Of a stretch of 64,000 nucleotides of DNA, positions 43,684 to 57,100 are shown piece by piece (positions within the stretch are counted from its first letter, which is position 1; every line of letters begins with the position of its first letter). Under the pieces are notes generated by a model, which had not been told where the DNA came from, did no database searches, and saw only the letters and a program-made list of their open reading frames with translations. This DNA comes from Blepharisma stoltei ATCC 30299 (lineage: Eukaryota; Protista; Ciliophora). The stretch lies in contig CBFDEM010000053.1 in the NCBI GenBank assembly GCA_965603825.1, positions 248,001 to 312,000 of the forward strand, written 5' to 3'. Both the position numbers and the translations under genes were made by a program.

Positions 43684-46317
43684 TTATTTATCATGGAGCT
43701 CTCTGTATCCAGGCCAATCTGATGGAGCATGGTTTCCTTCTTCTTTCATGAAATTCAAAAGAGTTTCACATGGCCCATCTTCACAGCCTTTAATTTTTTG
43801 AGCCTTGTGGAAACCTTCTATTGCCTTTTCCCACCTCCCAGCAAAATAATTATCAAGTGCTTTTGAAAATTCTCCAAAAAATGATTTTGATATGTTTTCT
43901 TTCATCATTTTTAGATCAATATCATCGTTTCATAATAAATGAATAGGGTATTCTCCACTTTTCGCTTGAGATTTAAGTTTATCTCTAACAATTCTCGCTA
44001 GAACTCTTGCTTGTTTAGAGTCTGCATCGCTTAATGTAGCTTCTGGAACAGGATGTAGGGCTTCAAGATCTAGATCGCAGGTATAAAGCTCGATTGGCTC
44101 CTTGCTGCCTTTTACTGTAACTCTGTCGATTTTTCTCAGTTTTGTTTTGGTCATATTTGAACAAATTCCATATAAAGCGTTACTTATAAGGATTGGGACT
44201 CCAAATTGTTTTGTAGCAGCTTCAAGCCGAGATGCCATATTGACATTTGGAGACAAATAAGAAGCATCTATTTTAAATTCACTTCCTATAGCCCCTTCAA
44301 TAGCCCAACCTTGATGCAGCCCAAACCCCATTTTTACTGAATATCCAGGCATGCGGTGATTTAGTTCAGGGTGATGCCTGTATTTCAAAATTTTTCCATT
44401 TTTATTGATTTCTGCGATAATTTTTATAAAACTAATAACTGCCATGTCAGCAATTTCTTTAATAAAAGTATTCCTGCCAAGAACCCTTCTTCCACAATCC
44501 AAGGCATTATTTTCCAGAGTATCGTCTGGAAATTTCCAGCACAATAAAAAGGCATCGCCGATATTTTTATTAGCTGTGCCAGAGTATTTATCAACAGTAC
44601 TGTGGACAATGTGAGCAACGTCATTGACAAATGCCATGACTTCGTTTTGCAGCACTTCTGTTGCATCGGTAAAGTTTCTTATGTCACAAAACCCAAATAT
44701 GCAAATTGTTCGCTTTCCGTCAATCATAGGATTTACTTCACCCCCACCTTTTTGGATGTTGGTTGCAATAATTTCAGATCCAGCCTCACCGAAGCCTAGT
44801 GCAAGAAGCGCACCTATTTTAGTGACAGTTTGCTCGAGAAACGCAGTTTCCATTGGCTCTTGTGCTTTTTTAAGTTTTTCTTTTGATGTTAAAATTTTGA
44901 GAACTTCTTTTTTTTCTTCTTTTTGAGCTGCTTGAAGTGGGTTTTTTGCAATATCTTGTATTTTTTTAATCATATTTTCAAGAGGGTTTAATACCATTTT
45001 TTGAGCATCGTTTGTAAGCATCATTGTAGCAGCTGATAAAAGAATACATATGAAAACTGTTCGAATAATATTTAGCCCGGCTTCAAGCCTCACAGTTTTT
45101 CTTATATCGAATACTGCATAACTTGCATAATAATAATCAGAGCTTTTATTTTCAAGATATGCATATGTTTTTTCTGTGTCCCTCAAATCATCTTGATCTG
45201 TACTTGTTTCTCATGTATTTTTATTTTTTACATAAAGGTATATAAGTGGCGAGTATAATTTTTTGTGTTTTTTAATAAAATTATTTCAAGCTACAATAAA
45301 CGAATCATCACTATCAATAACTGAGTCTATGACCTCAAGTCCATAAGTGTATGAAGTATTGCTATCAATATATAGAGTAGGGTAAAATATGGGCAGTCCA
45401 ACCATTACTGCAATAACAAGCACAATGACTCTTTTTGTAGTATTATCATTTAATGTTTTTCCAACATTGCTTTCTTGAGGTATTTCAATTTCTTCAGGCA
45501 AGCTTTCTGTATCAGAAAATACATGATTTGAAGAATCGCCTATAGAATTTTTTCTATCATTTCCCAAGCTCCCATGGTCTTCTAGATTAGAAGTAAATGA
45601 TTGAGAAACTGAGGCTTCACTGCCTTCATCGATATCTTCAAAAAATTTATTTTGCATCCTAGGCAAGTGTATCGCTTCTTCTCCCCTATACTTTATATTA
45701 GTTCTCCTTAAAAGTGGCTTATTTTTTCTCGCAGCTTCTTTTGCAGCTTTAGCAATTTTATATAGCTTGGTAATCCTAATCAGTCTAATAACTCTTATAA
45801 CCCTTATAACTCTTGCAGCTCTAGCCGCTCCTCTTGATGCTTGTCCAGCGTTGGCTATTTTGGAAGCTTTACTGCTTCCTCCAGACCCGCTATCAACCAT
45901 TGCATTTCAGACCCAGCCAATATCAATAATTAAAGAAAGCGTAGAAATCAAATCAAGCCAAAAGAAAAAACCTAAAAAATACTCTTCTTTGGCAAGTGAG
46001 GATAATATAATCTCCAAAGTGAAGAAAAACAGACAAACTGTTGTTAAGCTATAAAAAGCGTCATCTGCACTTTTTGAGGTGGCACAAACACGAATATCGT
46101 CTCCAAATAAAGCGTAGAGAGTTATAACTATCATAAAAGTCTGAGTGGCTCAGTGGTCTAATATTTTGCATATGGTAAATCTTCAATTTAGTTCGTGAAA
46201 TTCAAGGGCAGGCTCTATTGTTTTTAGATTCGCATCGCTACTTAATTGATTAGACTTGTCGTCTATGTTAGTTTTTCTGTCACTAAGCTTGATCTCGAAT
46301 TCAGAGCTTATGCTCAT
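43684..46317 (-). CDS. Ion-channel-fused class III adenylyl cyclase (alveolate AC-alpha type)
   Basis: S1-S4 with RAARVIRVIRVIRLIR voltage sensor; FCDIRNFT, KNIGDAF, NMASRLE; TPR-like tail. Four ORFs joined by TGA. Alternative start at 46347. Confidence 0.93.
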
Positions 46318-46658
46318 ATTAAATAATGTAATGGCAGAGCTTTGCATGACTTCTATTTTTTCATATAAATTGTTGAACTGGCTGAAATAAGAAGTTTTAA
46401 TATTTCAATAAAGGAATTTATTAAATTATTAAGACCAAGATGCAATTTATTTATACCATTCAATAAATATCAAATTAATATTTTTAACTTAACTAAAATT
46501 TAATAAAAAATTAGCAAATATACTTTGCCATAGTTCAGTTTTTACGTATTTGCTTCACTCCTGAGCATTTTAAGATAGTTAAAACCTGATTTTACATACG
46601 AAAATAAAAGTATAACTTCTTTATGCTATTCACTATATTTTCTCATATTCTAAGATAA

Positions 46659-47417
46659 ATGGATTTTCTTACCACCGAGTCAGGAAAAAAGCTTTCATAT
46701 ATCCTAACTCTAAGTCAGCACAAATCTCCTTATTTGCTTATCATCATACACGGAACTTGTAGCAGCAAGGATTCTTTATTTTTGCCTTATCTAAGCGATA
46801 ACTCAACATACAATACATTGAGATTTGATTTTCCAGGCAATGGAGACAGTGGAGGCGAGTTTGAATTCGGTGGTTTTGAAAAAGAAGTTTCTATTATTCA
46901 CAGTGTTGTTCTCTGGGCTAAAAGTCATGGATACAAACCTCTAGCATTAATTGGCCACTCAAAAGCAGGGAATGAAGTTTTAATGTATTCAGCCAAATAT
47001 GGAGATGTGCCTTTAATCATTTCAATCGCAGGAAGACTTGACATGAATGTGATCCCTGCGTTTATCCAGCCTGTCATGAATTCTATTGAGGCAGAAGGAC
47101 AGGCAACTATTGAATTGCTTGGAAGAGAATACAATATTACAAAGGCAGGGGTTGATGAAAGAAAGGCGATTAATATGACAAGAATTTTGGCTGCTGTAAG
47201 AAATTGGGTCTGTGCTATACACGGCGATATAGACCCTTGAACAAATATTGAAGATGCGGAAGGGATATCGAGACTGCTCGGCAGAAGATGTTTTGAGTTA
47301 GATGTTATTCAGGGTGCTGACCATAGTTTTACAAATTGTGAAGCGGAACTATTACAAAATATAGAAAATTTCTTAGCAAAAGCCGTACCACTTCTTCAAT
47401 TAACCCATAAAATTTAG
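46659..47417 (+). CDS. Alpha/beta hydrolase (1 UGA-Trp)
   Basis: IHG, RFDFPGNGDS, GHSKAG nucleophile, HGDID, GADHSF; TAG at 47415. Confidence 0.92.
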
Positions 47418-47471
47418 AATTTGCTTATTTCTTTAAAATTTAATTTAACCTATACTAATTTGTATTTATTT

Positions 47472-48587
47472 TTAAATTTGTAAAACCTTTAGTGTAATTT
47501 TATCGTTTCTATTACAATGCTGACACGAATCACCACAATCTCTACACCCAGCATGGCCACATACAAATACAACCACAATTGGTTTAGTTTTACAGAAATG
47601 ACAAATAAATCTTTCTTTTTCCTTCAGCCTCTCTCTCAAACTACTTAAAAAATCTTTCAATAAATTATTTTTATCTCTCAAATTTCTTAGCTCTTCTGTA
47701 TCATATGTATTGTCCACCTCTTGCGATTCTTCATTATGAGTAAAAGGGCAGATTTCTTCTAAGTCGCAATCATGGTTTTTACATTCATATTTTCTAAAAA
47801 AATCTTTATGATAGAACAGCTCATATTTATTATGCGCAAACTCGCATTCATTCCCATAAAAGCAGTCCCTTTCGAACTTTTTATTATCAGGATTATATGC
47901 ATTTCTGCAAGGTATGGCTCTATACTTATATTTTTTAGGATCCCTTCTTTGGTCATCATAGGTATGATAAAATAAGCATCTGGCTTCGTCATGTTCTTTG
48001 AAATCATTGCAAACAAACACTTTAAACGTGTCCCTTTCGAATTCAAAATTAGAAGTTTTTCTTTTTTTGGTTCTTTTATTATCTTGATTTATTTTATATT
48101 GTGTATGGTATTTTTGAGACTTAATATTGTCATTATTTTGTTCCTCAACGGTGCTTCCAACTCACATTTTTCTAGGGTTATTTTTAAAATAGTCTGAAGG
48201 TTCTCTTAAAGCACCAGGAGCATGGCGTAAGAAGCAGTGTTCTCCATTTTTGGAACAAACTCCATTTTGTAAAGGGTAACTGCATGGAATTGTTTTAAAG
48301 ACCATAGGATGATAATTAATCTCGTCCTTATTATGCGCATAAACACAAGTTTCTCCGTATTCGCAGTTATCATCAATACACAGCTGAGGTTTGTAGCTTC
48401 ATGCACCATTAGAAAATCGGAAAGGTCTTCTTCGCCTTTTTTCGCCTTCATGATAAAACAGGCAAGGTGAAGTAATGCATACACTGCCTGGACATTTTGC
48501 TACGTGAAAATCAATAAGATAGTCTCTATATAATTTATCCTCAATCTTGAATTCTTCTTCTAATTCTCTTGCATCGAAATAATACAT
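47472..48587 (-). CDS. Unkempt-like tandem CCCH zinc-finger + RING RNA-binding protein
   Basis: CLFYH..RRRP, YAHNKDEINYHP..FKT, CEFAH..ELFYH; C-terminal CHFC..CGH..CxxC..CxxC. Confidence 0.88.
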
Positions 48588-48633
48588 TATTCCCGCTTAG
48601 TAATTATTATTCTATTAATTATTTAACCCCTCT

Positions 48634-50286
48634 TTATTTTCTTTCTGGAATTTTTATTTCTCTCATAATTTCACTGAGATTTTGATGTGTTGGCTTATCA
48701 GCAGCTTTTTCAATGTTTTCAAGCCATGGTGGCAGCCCTTTAATGACCTCTTTGAGTTCTTCTTGAGAGCTACTTTCTTGATTGTTGGGCTTATCTATAT
48801 AAGATAATAATGTGTCTACATCAGTACTCGAGAGTTCATAAATCCTTGAAAATTCAAGAACAATTGATCCGATTTCATTTTTGTCAAGACTATAAGAAAG
48901 CATTCTATCGGTAAAGAGAGTGAGTAAGCAAAATGTGATGTTTTTAATTCTTTCTTCAATTTCATTGTTATTTGATAGTAAATTTCTAAAGCTAGTAATT
49001 TCCTTGTCAATTGCTGAGTCAATTAAAGATTTCCATAAACTTACCATTTTCCATATTTCGTTGTTTTTCAAGTTTTCTTTAATAAGCTGGCTAGTATTTT
49101 TGTTTATAATTGATTCAATAAACTCAATAATCTCTCCAAAAGTGCACTCATCTTTATTTTTCTCACATTCATTAAGCATTAAATTTATCAAACCGCATAC
49201 TTCTTGTATTCCTGACTCATTTTCAATAGCAAATCCTTTTTCTTTTAAGCGTCTCAGCACAATTGAAAAGCATTTTCTTCCTAGAAAGCTAGATATAATT
49301 TCTTTGAAATTGTCAGTTTCTTCAACACTTAAAAGTTTTCCAGTCATACATGATACAAAAATGTCATCAATTTTATTAATTTGGATTTGGCCGATTTCAC
49401 ATAGTTGGGACTCAGAATATGTAGATATTAATGGGAAATCTGAAGCAAAAGCATTGAAAAAAGAACTTTCCCCAACATAAGGTTCATATTTTGGAGCAAA
49501 TTCTTGAAGCTCATTTTTGGCTTTTTCATTAAAAAATAGCTCTATATCTTTTTGTACATCAATAATTTCTGAATACTTAGCGAAAGTTTCAGTGTCATAT
49601 TGAATATTTCTAATCCAGGCTGTATTATACACTATGATTTTTTTAATCGAGCTTTTTAGCAAACCTAGCATTGAGGCTTCTTGTGCTTGATAATTATCTA
49701 AAATATCTTTCATTTTTTCATAATAATTGCTGTCATTAATTTTATAATCATCAATAGCCGACACATACATTTCAAGAGAATTATAAGCTTCGTTTTTTTT
49801 CTTTTTAATTATCTTTTTAGACTCTTTGTCAATTGAATTTTCCTGTCTAGATAGAATTTCATCAAGATTTCTGCAGTTTCCCCAAAAGTTATCTTTTAAA
49901 ATTTCAATTTTTTTCTGTAAGGATGATCTGGTCTTTACAATTTTTTGGCCATCAGAATATGATTTTTTCATAGAAGTCTCTTGAGCTCTAAGCATTTCTT
50001 TGATAGGATGAATAATATCTGATAAGATATTTTCAGCTAAAGTGCGCGATTGAATTGCCTTACTTGCACTGAACTTTTTCATTGAAGCAATTGCATCATA
50101 TAATGTGCCATCTGTAGATGCAATATAAGGATATTTTCCAATCTTCTCTAAACTTTCAGCATAGCTATTTTCAAGGGCTGCCATATCCAGCATGAGCTCT
50201 ATGAATTGTTTGCAGCCTGTTTGACGATCAATGTAGTGAGAATGAACAATATCAAAAGAGTGAATATATCGCTCAGAAATACTCAT
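48634..50286 (-). CDS. F-BAR (FCH) domain protein
   Basis: AALENSYAESLEKI, GTLYDA N-terminal F-BAR pattern; 550 aa. Confidence 0.75.
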   Translation of the reverse strand: MSISERYIHSFDIVHSHYIDRQTGCKQFIELMLDMAALENSYAESLEKIGKYPYIASTDGTLYDAIASMKKFSASKAIQSRTLAENILSDIIHPIKEMLRAQETSMKKSYSDGQKIVKTRSSLQKKIEILKDNFWGNCRNLDEILSRQENSIDKESKKIIKKKKNEAYNSLEMYVSAIDDYKINDSNYYEKMKDILDNYQAQEASMLGLLKSSIKKIIVYNTAWIRNIQYDTETFAKYSEIIDVQKDIELFFNEKAKNELQEFAPKYEPYVGESSFFNAFASDFPLISTYSESQLCEIGQIQINKIDDIFVSCMTGKLLSVEETDNFKEIISSFLGRKCFSIVLRRLKEKGFAIENESGIQEVCGLINLMLNECEKNKDECTFGEIIEFIESIINKNTSQLIKENLKNNEIWKMVSLWKSLIDSAIDKEITSFRNLLSNNNEIEERIKNITFCLLTLFTDRMLSYSLDKNEIGSIVLEFSRIYELSSTDVDTLLSYIDKPNNQESSSQEELKEVIKGLPPWLENIEKAADKPTHQNLSEIMREIKIPERK

Positions 50287-50425
50287 ATTTATTATTTAAA
50301 TATCTTATCAAGGCTTAAAAGTTTTCTTCAAATGTTAATTTTAGCTTTTTTAATTATTTTGTTTAATTTGACTACAAAATGCTGTTTTTAGATTATTATT
50401 AGTTTCAGAAAAAATTAAATCTCAT

Positions 50426-52879
50426 CTAAAGCTCTTTTTTTTGTCTTTTTACACTTCTCGTGATTGTTTCAATTGTGAGAGGAGAATCATCTCCAATACT
50501 AGGTACATATCTTGAAGAGATGCGCTTATTTATGAAATTTTCTGTAGATCTGTTATTTTTGATATCATTTTGTTCATTGTCACTGAAATCACCACATCTT
50601 GGAAGAGGAGATTCAGAGTTTTTCTCTGTGTAATGCTTTTTTCTGGTGGGAATATGCTCCACAAAGTATCTCCTTTTAAAACTGATATCGACTGCATTAG
50701 GCTTTATTGATTGAATTCCATTTATTTGTCTTAATCTAGGAATTTCTCTAAATTTTGGCTGCTGCTTTGAGCTTGTAATTGGTCTCATTTTAAGTTTTTC
50801 ATTTAACAAAAATTTGTTTGAAATTTCTTCAATCTTTCTTTGCTTCTTAATTTTTGAGCTTGATCTTGCCATATTTGACAAATTTTTAGGTAATTTATCT
50901 TTTGAAGTTCTGCCATCATGATTATTTTCTCTTTTATTTAGCCTCAATCCTGAATAGGAGCCTTTTCTTTTAAATCCCATCAAATTTTTAGCTTTTTCCA
51001 TCACTTTTAGGATTTTTTGGTTGATTTTGTTCTGCTGCTCTTCATATTCTGGGTTTTCTTCATCTTCACTTTCTGATGTTTCTGAATTATTTTCTTCTTG
51101 AATATTTTCATCTTTTATACAATTCATAATTTCCAATAATGATCTTGCAGTAAATTTTTCTATATTTTCATTTGCTTTCTTCCCTCGCTTTTTCCTTTTT
51201 AGTCTTTCGTTTTTCTTTGCTTCTTTTTCTTTAATAAATTTGTTACGGATAACAATATATTCTAATAAAGATTCAGAAAATTTTCTCCCTAAAGAAAATA
51301 ATAGCTCCTCAGAAAAAGGTATTGTGTTTCTCTCAGAGTCTAGAAATCCGTATGAAGAAGTTTCTATTGTATATACAAATGGCAGTTTTAATTCTTTTCA
51401 TATTACAAGTCTTGCAGCTTTCCTTTTTGATCAGTCATTTTTAAATTTGCATGAAAAGTACCGAAACATTTCTGTCCTCTCACTGAAAAGCTTAGGAAGA
51501 ACTTTAATGCTAATATATTTATCTGAATGAAGTGGATAGTGAGGACCATAGATAAACATGCCTTTTTTGGTAGAATGGGCATGAAAGTCAAAGTAAAACG
51601 ATATTTTCTCATTTTTAATCATGTTTTTTAAAGTATGAATCACTGGGTGAAGTCTTGGATCTGGACTTTGAAATCGGCGATTCAAATCTTCTCCTGTAAG
51701 CGAGCATCTTGAATTTCCTAATATAACTCCATCAGGATTAAGCATAGGAATTATTTTAAATACAATTTTTTTCCTCAATCTTTCAGCCTCCTCATTGTCG
51801 CTTACAATAAATTTAAGAAACCCTTCCATCACTCAGGATCCATGTGTTTCTCCAGGATGTACTCTTGCTGTAAGAAAAGCTGTCTCCTTAGGCTTAATAT
51901 TTTGCGAAAAATCCGTAATAGTCAAAATTGGAACATCAACTCCACTTAAACTTTTACACAAAATTTCGTTTTTGACTAAATTTGACTTTTCCAAGTCCTT
52001 TAAAAATTTGCAGAGCCTTGAATATTTATAAGGGATTGAATAAGCAAAATAAATAGAGTCATTTTCCTTGAATTGATAAAAAAATGATAAAGAATAATAT
52101 ATTCTTCGCGATTGTGGCTGATTTATTTTGCTTTGTGTATAAGTAACTTTATAACCCCCTTTTAGTCATCCTTTATTAGGGTTACGTGCATCAAAAATGC
52201 ATGGTAGCATTCCTTGACTATACAGGCTGCTCTTTTTTGAAAAATTTACTATGTTGAATTTAATTTCTCTCTCACCTCATTTGTTCTCTACTTTAAAATA
52301 GTATCATCAATTATGTCCGTATGAGTTTGAGTCAGTTCTTAAATATAAATCGTATTCATCATCTTTGACCTTAACAACTTTATCTAAGTTTCCGCTTTCA
52401 AAACATGAGGAAAAAATCAAATCTTTTATGTCTAGACCTTCTTTCATTCCTTTAAAAGGTTGGGCGTTGTTGGCTGGGCCAAGTTTTTTGATGGAGTTTC
52501 ATGCATGTCGCAGAACTGGATTTATTGTGAATTTATAAGTTTCTGGGCTTGAGTAGCACTCATGAAGCTCAAGGGAGTCTTGAGGGCGAAATCCATAGAA
52601 AATCGCAGTTTGTGTTGAAATTTTGTCTAGGGTAAAACATAAAGGAATTGGACCGTTTTGTAAGATTGAAGTTGGCCGTCATCTAGTTAGAAGTTACCCG
52701 AAGAGCATATCAGGTTCAAGGCTATGACCAGATTTAACAAGTGGAATGCAATCAGGCAGTCGATCTTCTTTAGGCTGGAAACTTTCTTTTATTATAGGAG
52801 ATTTGCTCAGTTGAGGTATTTCTGAAGTGCATTCAGAAACCTCACTTCCATACCCAGAATCATTGCCAAACTGTTTCAT
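50426..52879 (-). CDS. Cytosolic carboxypeptidase (CCP/Nna1, tubulin deglutamylase, M14); 1 intron, many UGA-Trp
   Basis: FESGNL, RVHPGE, PMLNPDGV, DLNR, DFHAHS, YTIE. Confidence 0.93.
52683..52697 (-). other. 15-nt intron gtaacttctaactag
   Basis: GT..AG, A at -6; removal eliminates a TAA. Confidence 0.85.
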
Positions 52880-54159
52880 TGATATTGTAGGTTTTAATAT
52901 TGCTAACGAAGTAATATAGTTTAAAATTGAAAAATAATAATATTAATTGAAAAATCAATAATCAGATATACTTGTCTCAAATTATGATTGAAATTAAGCC
53001 TTTTTCTTATAATTAATGCATCATACTTACTAATTTGAAAGTCTGGGATTTTATAGGAAATATTGTTAAAATTAGAAGGAAATTAACCTCTGATGGGGTG
53101 ACAACCATTAATTAAATTAAATTAATTCTTATAATTAAGCGAAAATGGGAGAATTCTATTACATCAACAAAATTATTGAAACATGAAAGTTCAGAATTAC
53201 TTTAATTGAATATCTTGATACTCAATTTAATTAAATAATAAGATTTTACAATTAAATAATTTTTATAAATTTATTAAGCTATAAAAGATTTTGATGAGTT
53301 TATTTATTTCATATGAATAATTATTTTAAGATATTAATTAAGTTCATTTAGCTATATTTTAAAATGAGTGCACTTATTTATTAAGATTGAATTTCAACTC
53401 AGCTTATTAGATTAAAAGCTTATAAATTCTTTATAGCTCTCTTTTTTGGAATAAATATTTTAAATCAATTAATATAAATAATTTCCTTTGCAAATCAATC
53501 ATACTAATACAATGCAGTTTTATTATAAACTAATCAATTAAATATTTATGATGCGTTACAAATATGATTTCTTATAAATAATAATAAATATTTTTTATTT
53601 GAGTAAAATACAAAGTTTTCTAATTGATCTAACTATCCATATTTTTTCTTTCAGGCAACTTACACTTGAGTCTCCATTTTATGCTAAAATTTTCCAGTTC
53701 TTAATTAACCGCAAACTTAGCTGCCTTTATAATTCAAGGCCATTATTTATCGCTATGCGAATTCTCAAAGAGCTTTTGAATGAAAGCATTGCTTTCAAGT
53801 TCAAAGTCAAAATCTTTATGCTATCATTCTATATTTATTAAAATTATCATAATAGCAAAGCTTATTTACATAAAATATTTTGACGTAAAAAACTTGAATT
53901 TTTAGGCAGAACGATTTATTAGAATATTTTAAAAGCACTCGAGACATTTAAAATATTTAATTTTATAAGGAATAAATGCTAAATAAATTTAATATCAGTC
54001 TACATAATTTTTAATCTCCTTAAATTTGTTATGCTATTCATTTAATTTTCTACAGTTTATAAGCCATTTTGGCTCAAAAATCCAGCTGCTTTAATTCAAA
54101 GTAATTTTCTATATCAAGAATCACAAATATAACTGCCATCTTATATTATATTTCTCCCG

Positions 54160-57100
54160 ATGGATGCGAAATGACGCAGAGATGAAATAGAAATGAAAGG
54201 TACACTTGCTGATGTCAAAACCCCAGATTTCCAAAGTAGACCCAACCAAATTCTTCAAAACATTGTCAAAGAGAAAAACGAAACCAGTGATGACTTACAA
54301 AAAGCTTTTCTCTACGTCTCCAGCCATCTACCACGCACAATTGAAATGCCTTTCCAAGGCAACTGCTTCCAAGCCAGTAAAAACTCCAAGTTTTTTGTTT
54401 TAGGGAGCAACAAAGGGAGATTGGCAGTCACTGATTCCAGAGAGATAGTCAAAGATATTAACATCGAAGTTGGAATAAAATCCCTTGTTCTTTATCATGA
54501 CGATACCTTTGTGTTTGTCGGGCTTGTTGATAACAGCATCAAAAAATACCAGCTTTCAACGTTCGAGTTGGTAGATACATACATTGGGCACCAAGAAAAA
54601 GTAACGAAACTCCTTTTATCTAGAAATGACTTATTTCTTTTTTCAGCAAGCGCTGATGGGACAATCAGAGAATGGCCAACAAACTCGCCAAAAGAAGCAG
54701 TTTCTCGCACTATATATAAACATGACAATGAAATTATTGACTTTGATTTAAGCTACGATGGCGGGCATTTTGCAAGCTCCTCAAAAAATGATGGAGTCCT
54801 AAAAGTGTTTTCAGCAGCTCAAAATAAAGATGTTGCAGTGATCTCAAACGAGTACGGAGCAACATTTTCTTGTGTCAAATTTTCACCAAAAAAGACCTAC
54901 CTCGCTGCTGGAGATATGTACTGCAGAATTACCATTTGGAATTTCACAAACTTATCAGAGCCATTGAAGTCTCTTGTAGGAAGTGAAGATAAAATAAGAG
55001 ACTTGGCATTTACATATGATGAAAGTACACTTGTTTCTGCAAGCAAAGACACTAACATAAGATTGTGGAGTCTTAATACCGCGCATGACGAAATTGTTTT
55101 GACTCAGCATTCTGAATCTGTAAAAGGAGTAATCGTTGGAGAAGGAGATCAACATATATTTTCACTTGGAAAAGACTATAAACTGAGAATATGGAAAATT
55201 CCTAGGTTCAAGCGTCATAGAAAACTACTAGATCATACCGACACAATATGAAGGCTAAAGTTTTCAAAAAACGGCAACCGCCTTTATAGCAACTCTGGCG
55301 ACCAAAGAATCATTGTGTGGGAGCATTCCACTGGCGAAAAAATCCAAGAATTGTTCCACTACGCCGGAATGTTTGCAATGGCGTTAACCAAAGATGAAAG
55401 TCATCTTATTTCTTGCACAGATGACGGAAAAATCATTTTTTGGAATCTGGAAACATGAAAAAGAGACAAAGAGATCTCAAGCGAAGAAGGCACAATCAGA
55501 TCCTTAATTGTGTCTAGCGCTTATTTTATTACAGGGGATGATGCTTTTCGTGTAGTTGTTTGGGACTTGAAATCATACAATATTGTCCATATTTTTAGAA
55601 GCCATAGATCAGCTGTTTGGTCTTTAACTGATTATGAGCCTGACAACAAACTTTATTCAGGAGATGAAAAAGGCTCGATTATGATTCATGATATGACCTT
55701 CAATAAAACTGATCATGAAGAGCTTGAAGGCCACGGCACAAAAGTCCAACGCTTGAAAATTAGCAGAAATGGAGAAATCTTGATTTCAGGATCAAGAGAT
55801 GGGGTTATAAAGATTTGGAGTGTCAAGATGAACAGTCTCCTCAGAACCATTGAATACCATACCGATGTATTAAGGGAAATTTATTGCACAAAGGACCAAA
55901 AGTACTTTTTTGTCTGCTCTGAAGATAAGCAGATGTCAATTTTTGATATGAGAGAGTTCAGTTTAATTACATCGATATCCTTCAAGAAAAAGCTGATGAC
56001 CATGGCTTTTACAGAAGACGAGCTTACTATAGCACTTGCAGAAGAATCTACAATTACCTTGATTGAGAATCCAGTCTATATAGATAGAATTGGGTCTTCT
56101 GATGTGAGAGTTTACGGCCCTGGCAGTGATTATATGAACTTTTTAAGCTACTGCTCTCAGATTATGCTCAATCAAAGTCCTGATTATGATCCCCAAATGG
56201 ATGCCTGAATTATTCAGCCATTTAGACTAAATGCTCTGCATCTATACGCATATTTCAACCTTCCAAAACATTTAAAGCTCGGAATTAAAAATTTGGCACC
56301 ATTTATTTCAACAAGGTATGGGGAAACCGCACTTTCTCTAAGTCTTAAGAAAAATTTTGGGAACTGTATTCAGGCTATTTTCAAAGTGTTTGATAAACGC
56401 GCTGAAAAAAATATCCACATTTTCAACTCTTTAGAAAATTCAGTGATTGACTTAAACAGAAAAGGATTTCCAGTCTTAGATCGATTTTATAAAACTATAG
56501 TTATAAGGTGAAATGATCAAGCAATGCCCAAATTTTGCAAGCCCAGCAAAAGTTTACCAAAAATAATTCAGTCTGATTTCATTATCCCTAAATGTGAGAA
56601 TTTTATGAACCTTGCCCAATACACAAAGGACGGAAAAGCAATTATGTTCTTGATTGCTTTGGTCAGAATAAACCTTACTATGGGTTCAAAAGAAAGCTTA
56701 GAGTTTTTGGACAGTTTAGAAGAATGCCCTGAAACATCTATTTTCAACACCTATTTTATCCAAACAATTCTAAAGGAAAAATGGAAAAGAATTTGCTGAT
56801 TTTTATACATTCAAACAGCAATCTATATAGGATACTTAATTTCATTTGCCTGCTATACTAGCATGCACGACAATGAAGGCAAATATTTGGTTCCTCCTTT
56901 TGTGTTCAACCAAATTTTGACTGTCTACGAGATCTTCCAAATCTGGGTTGGAGGGATTTATTATTGGAAAACATGGACTAACTATCTTGATATAGCAAGA
57001 ATCTTTTTATTCGATGCTTATTCGCTTACCGTTTGGACAACCACAATAGACGATATCGAATACTTCGAAGCTGCCGTTATTGCCCTAACATGGTTCCGTG

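Noticed and set aside
52880-54159. ORF 53599-53841, and possible ncRNA or telomere-addition signal in the AT-rich gap
   Set aside because: TTG start and low-complexity composition; no telomeric repeat or snRNA motif recognised. Likely a divergent promoter region.
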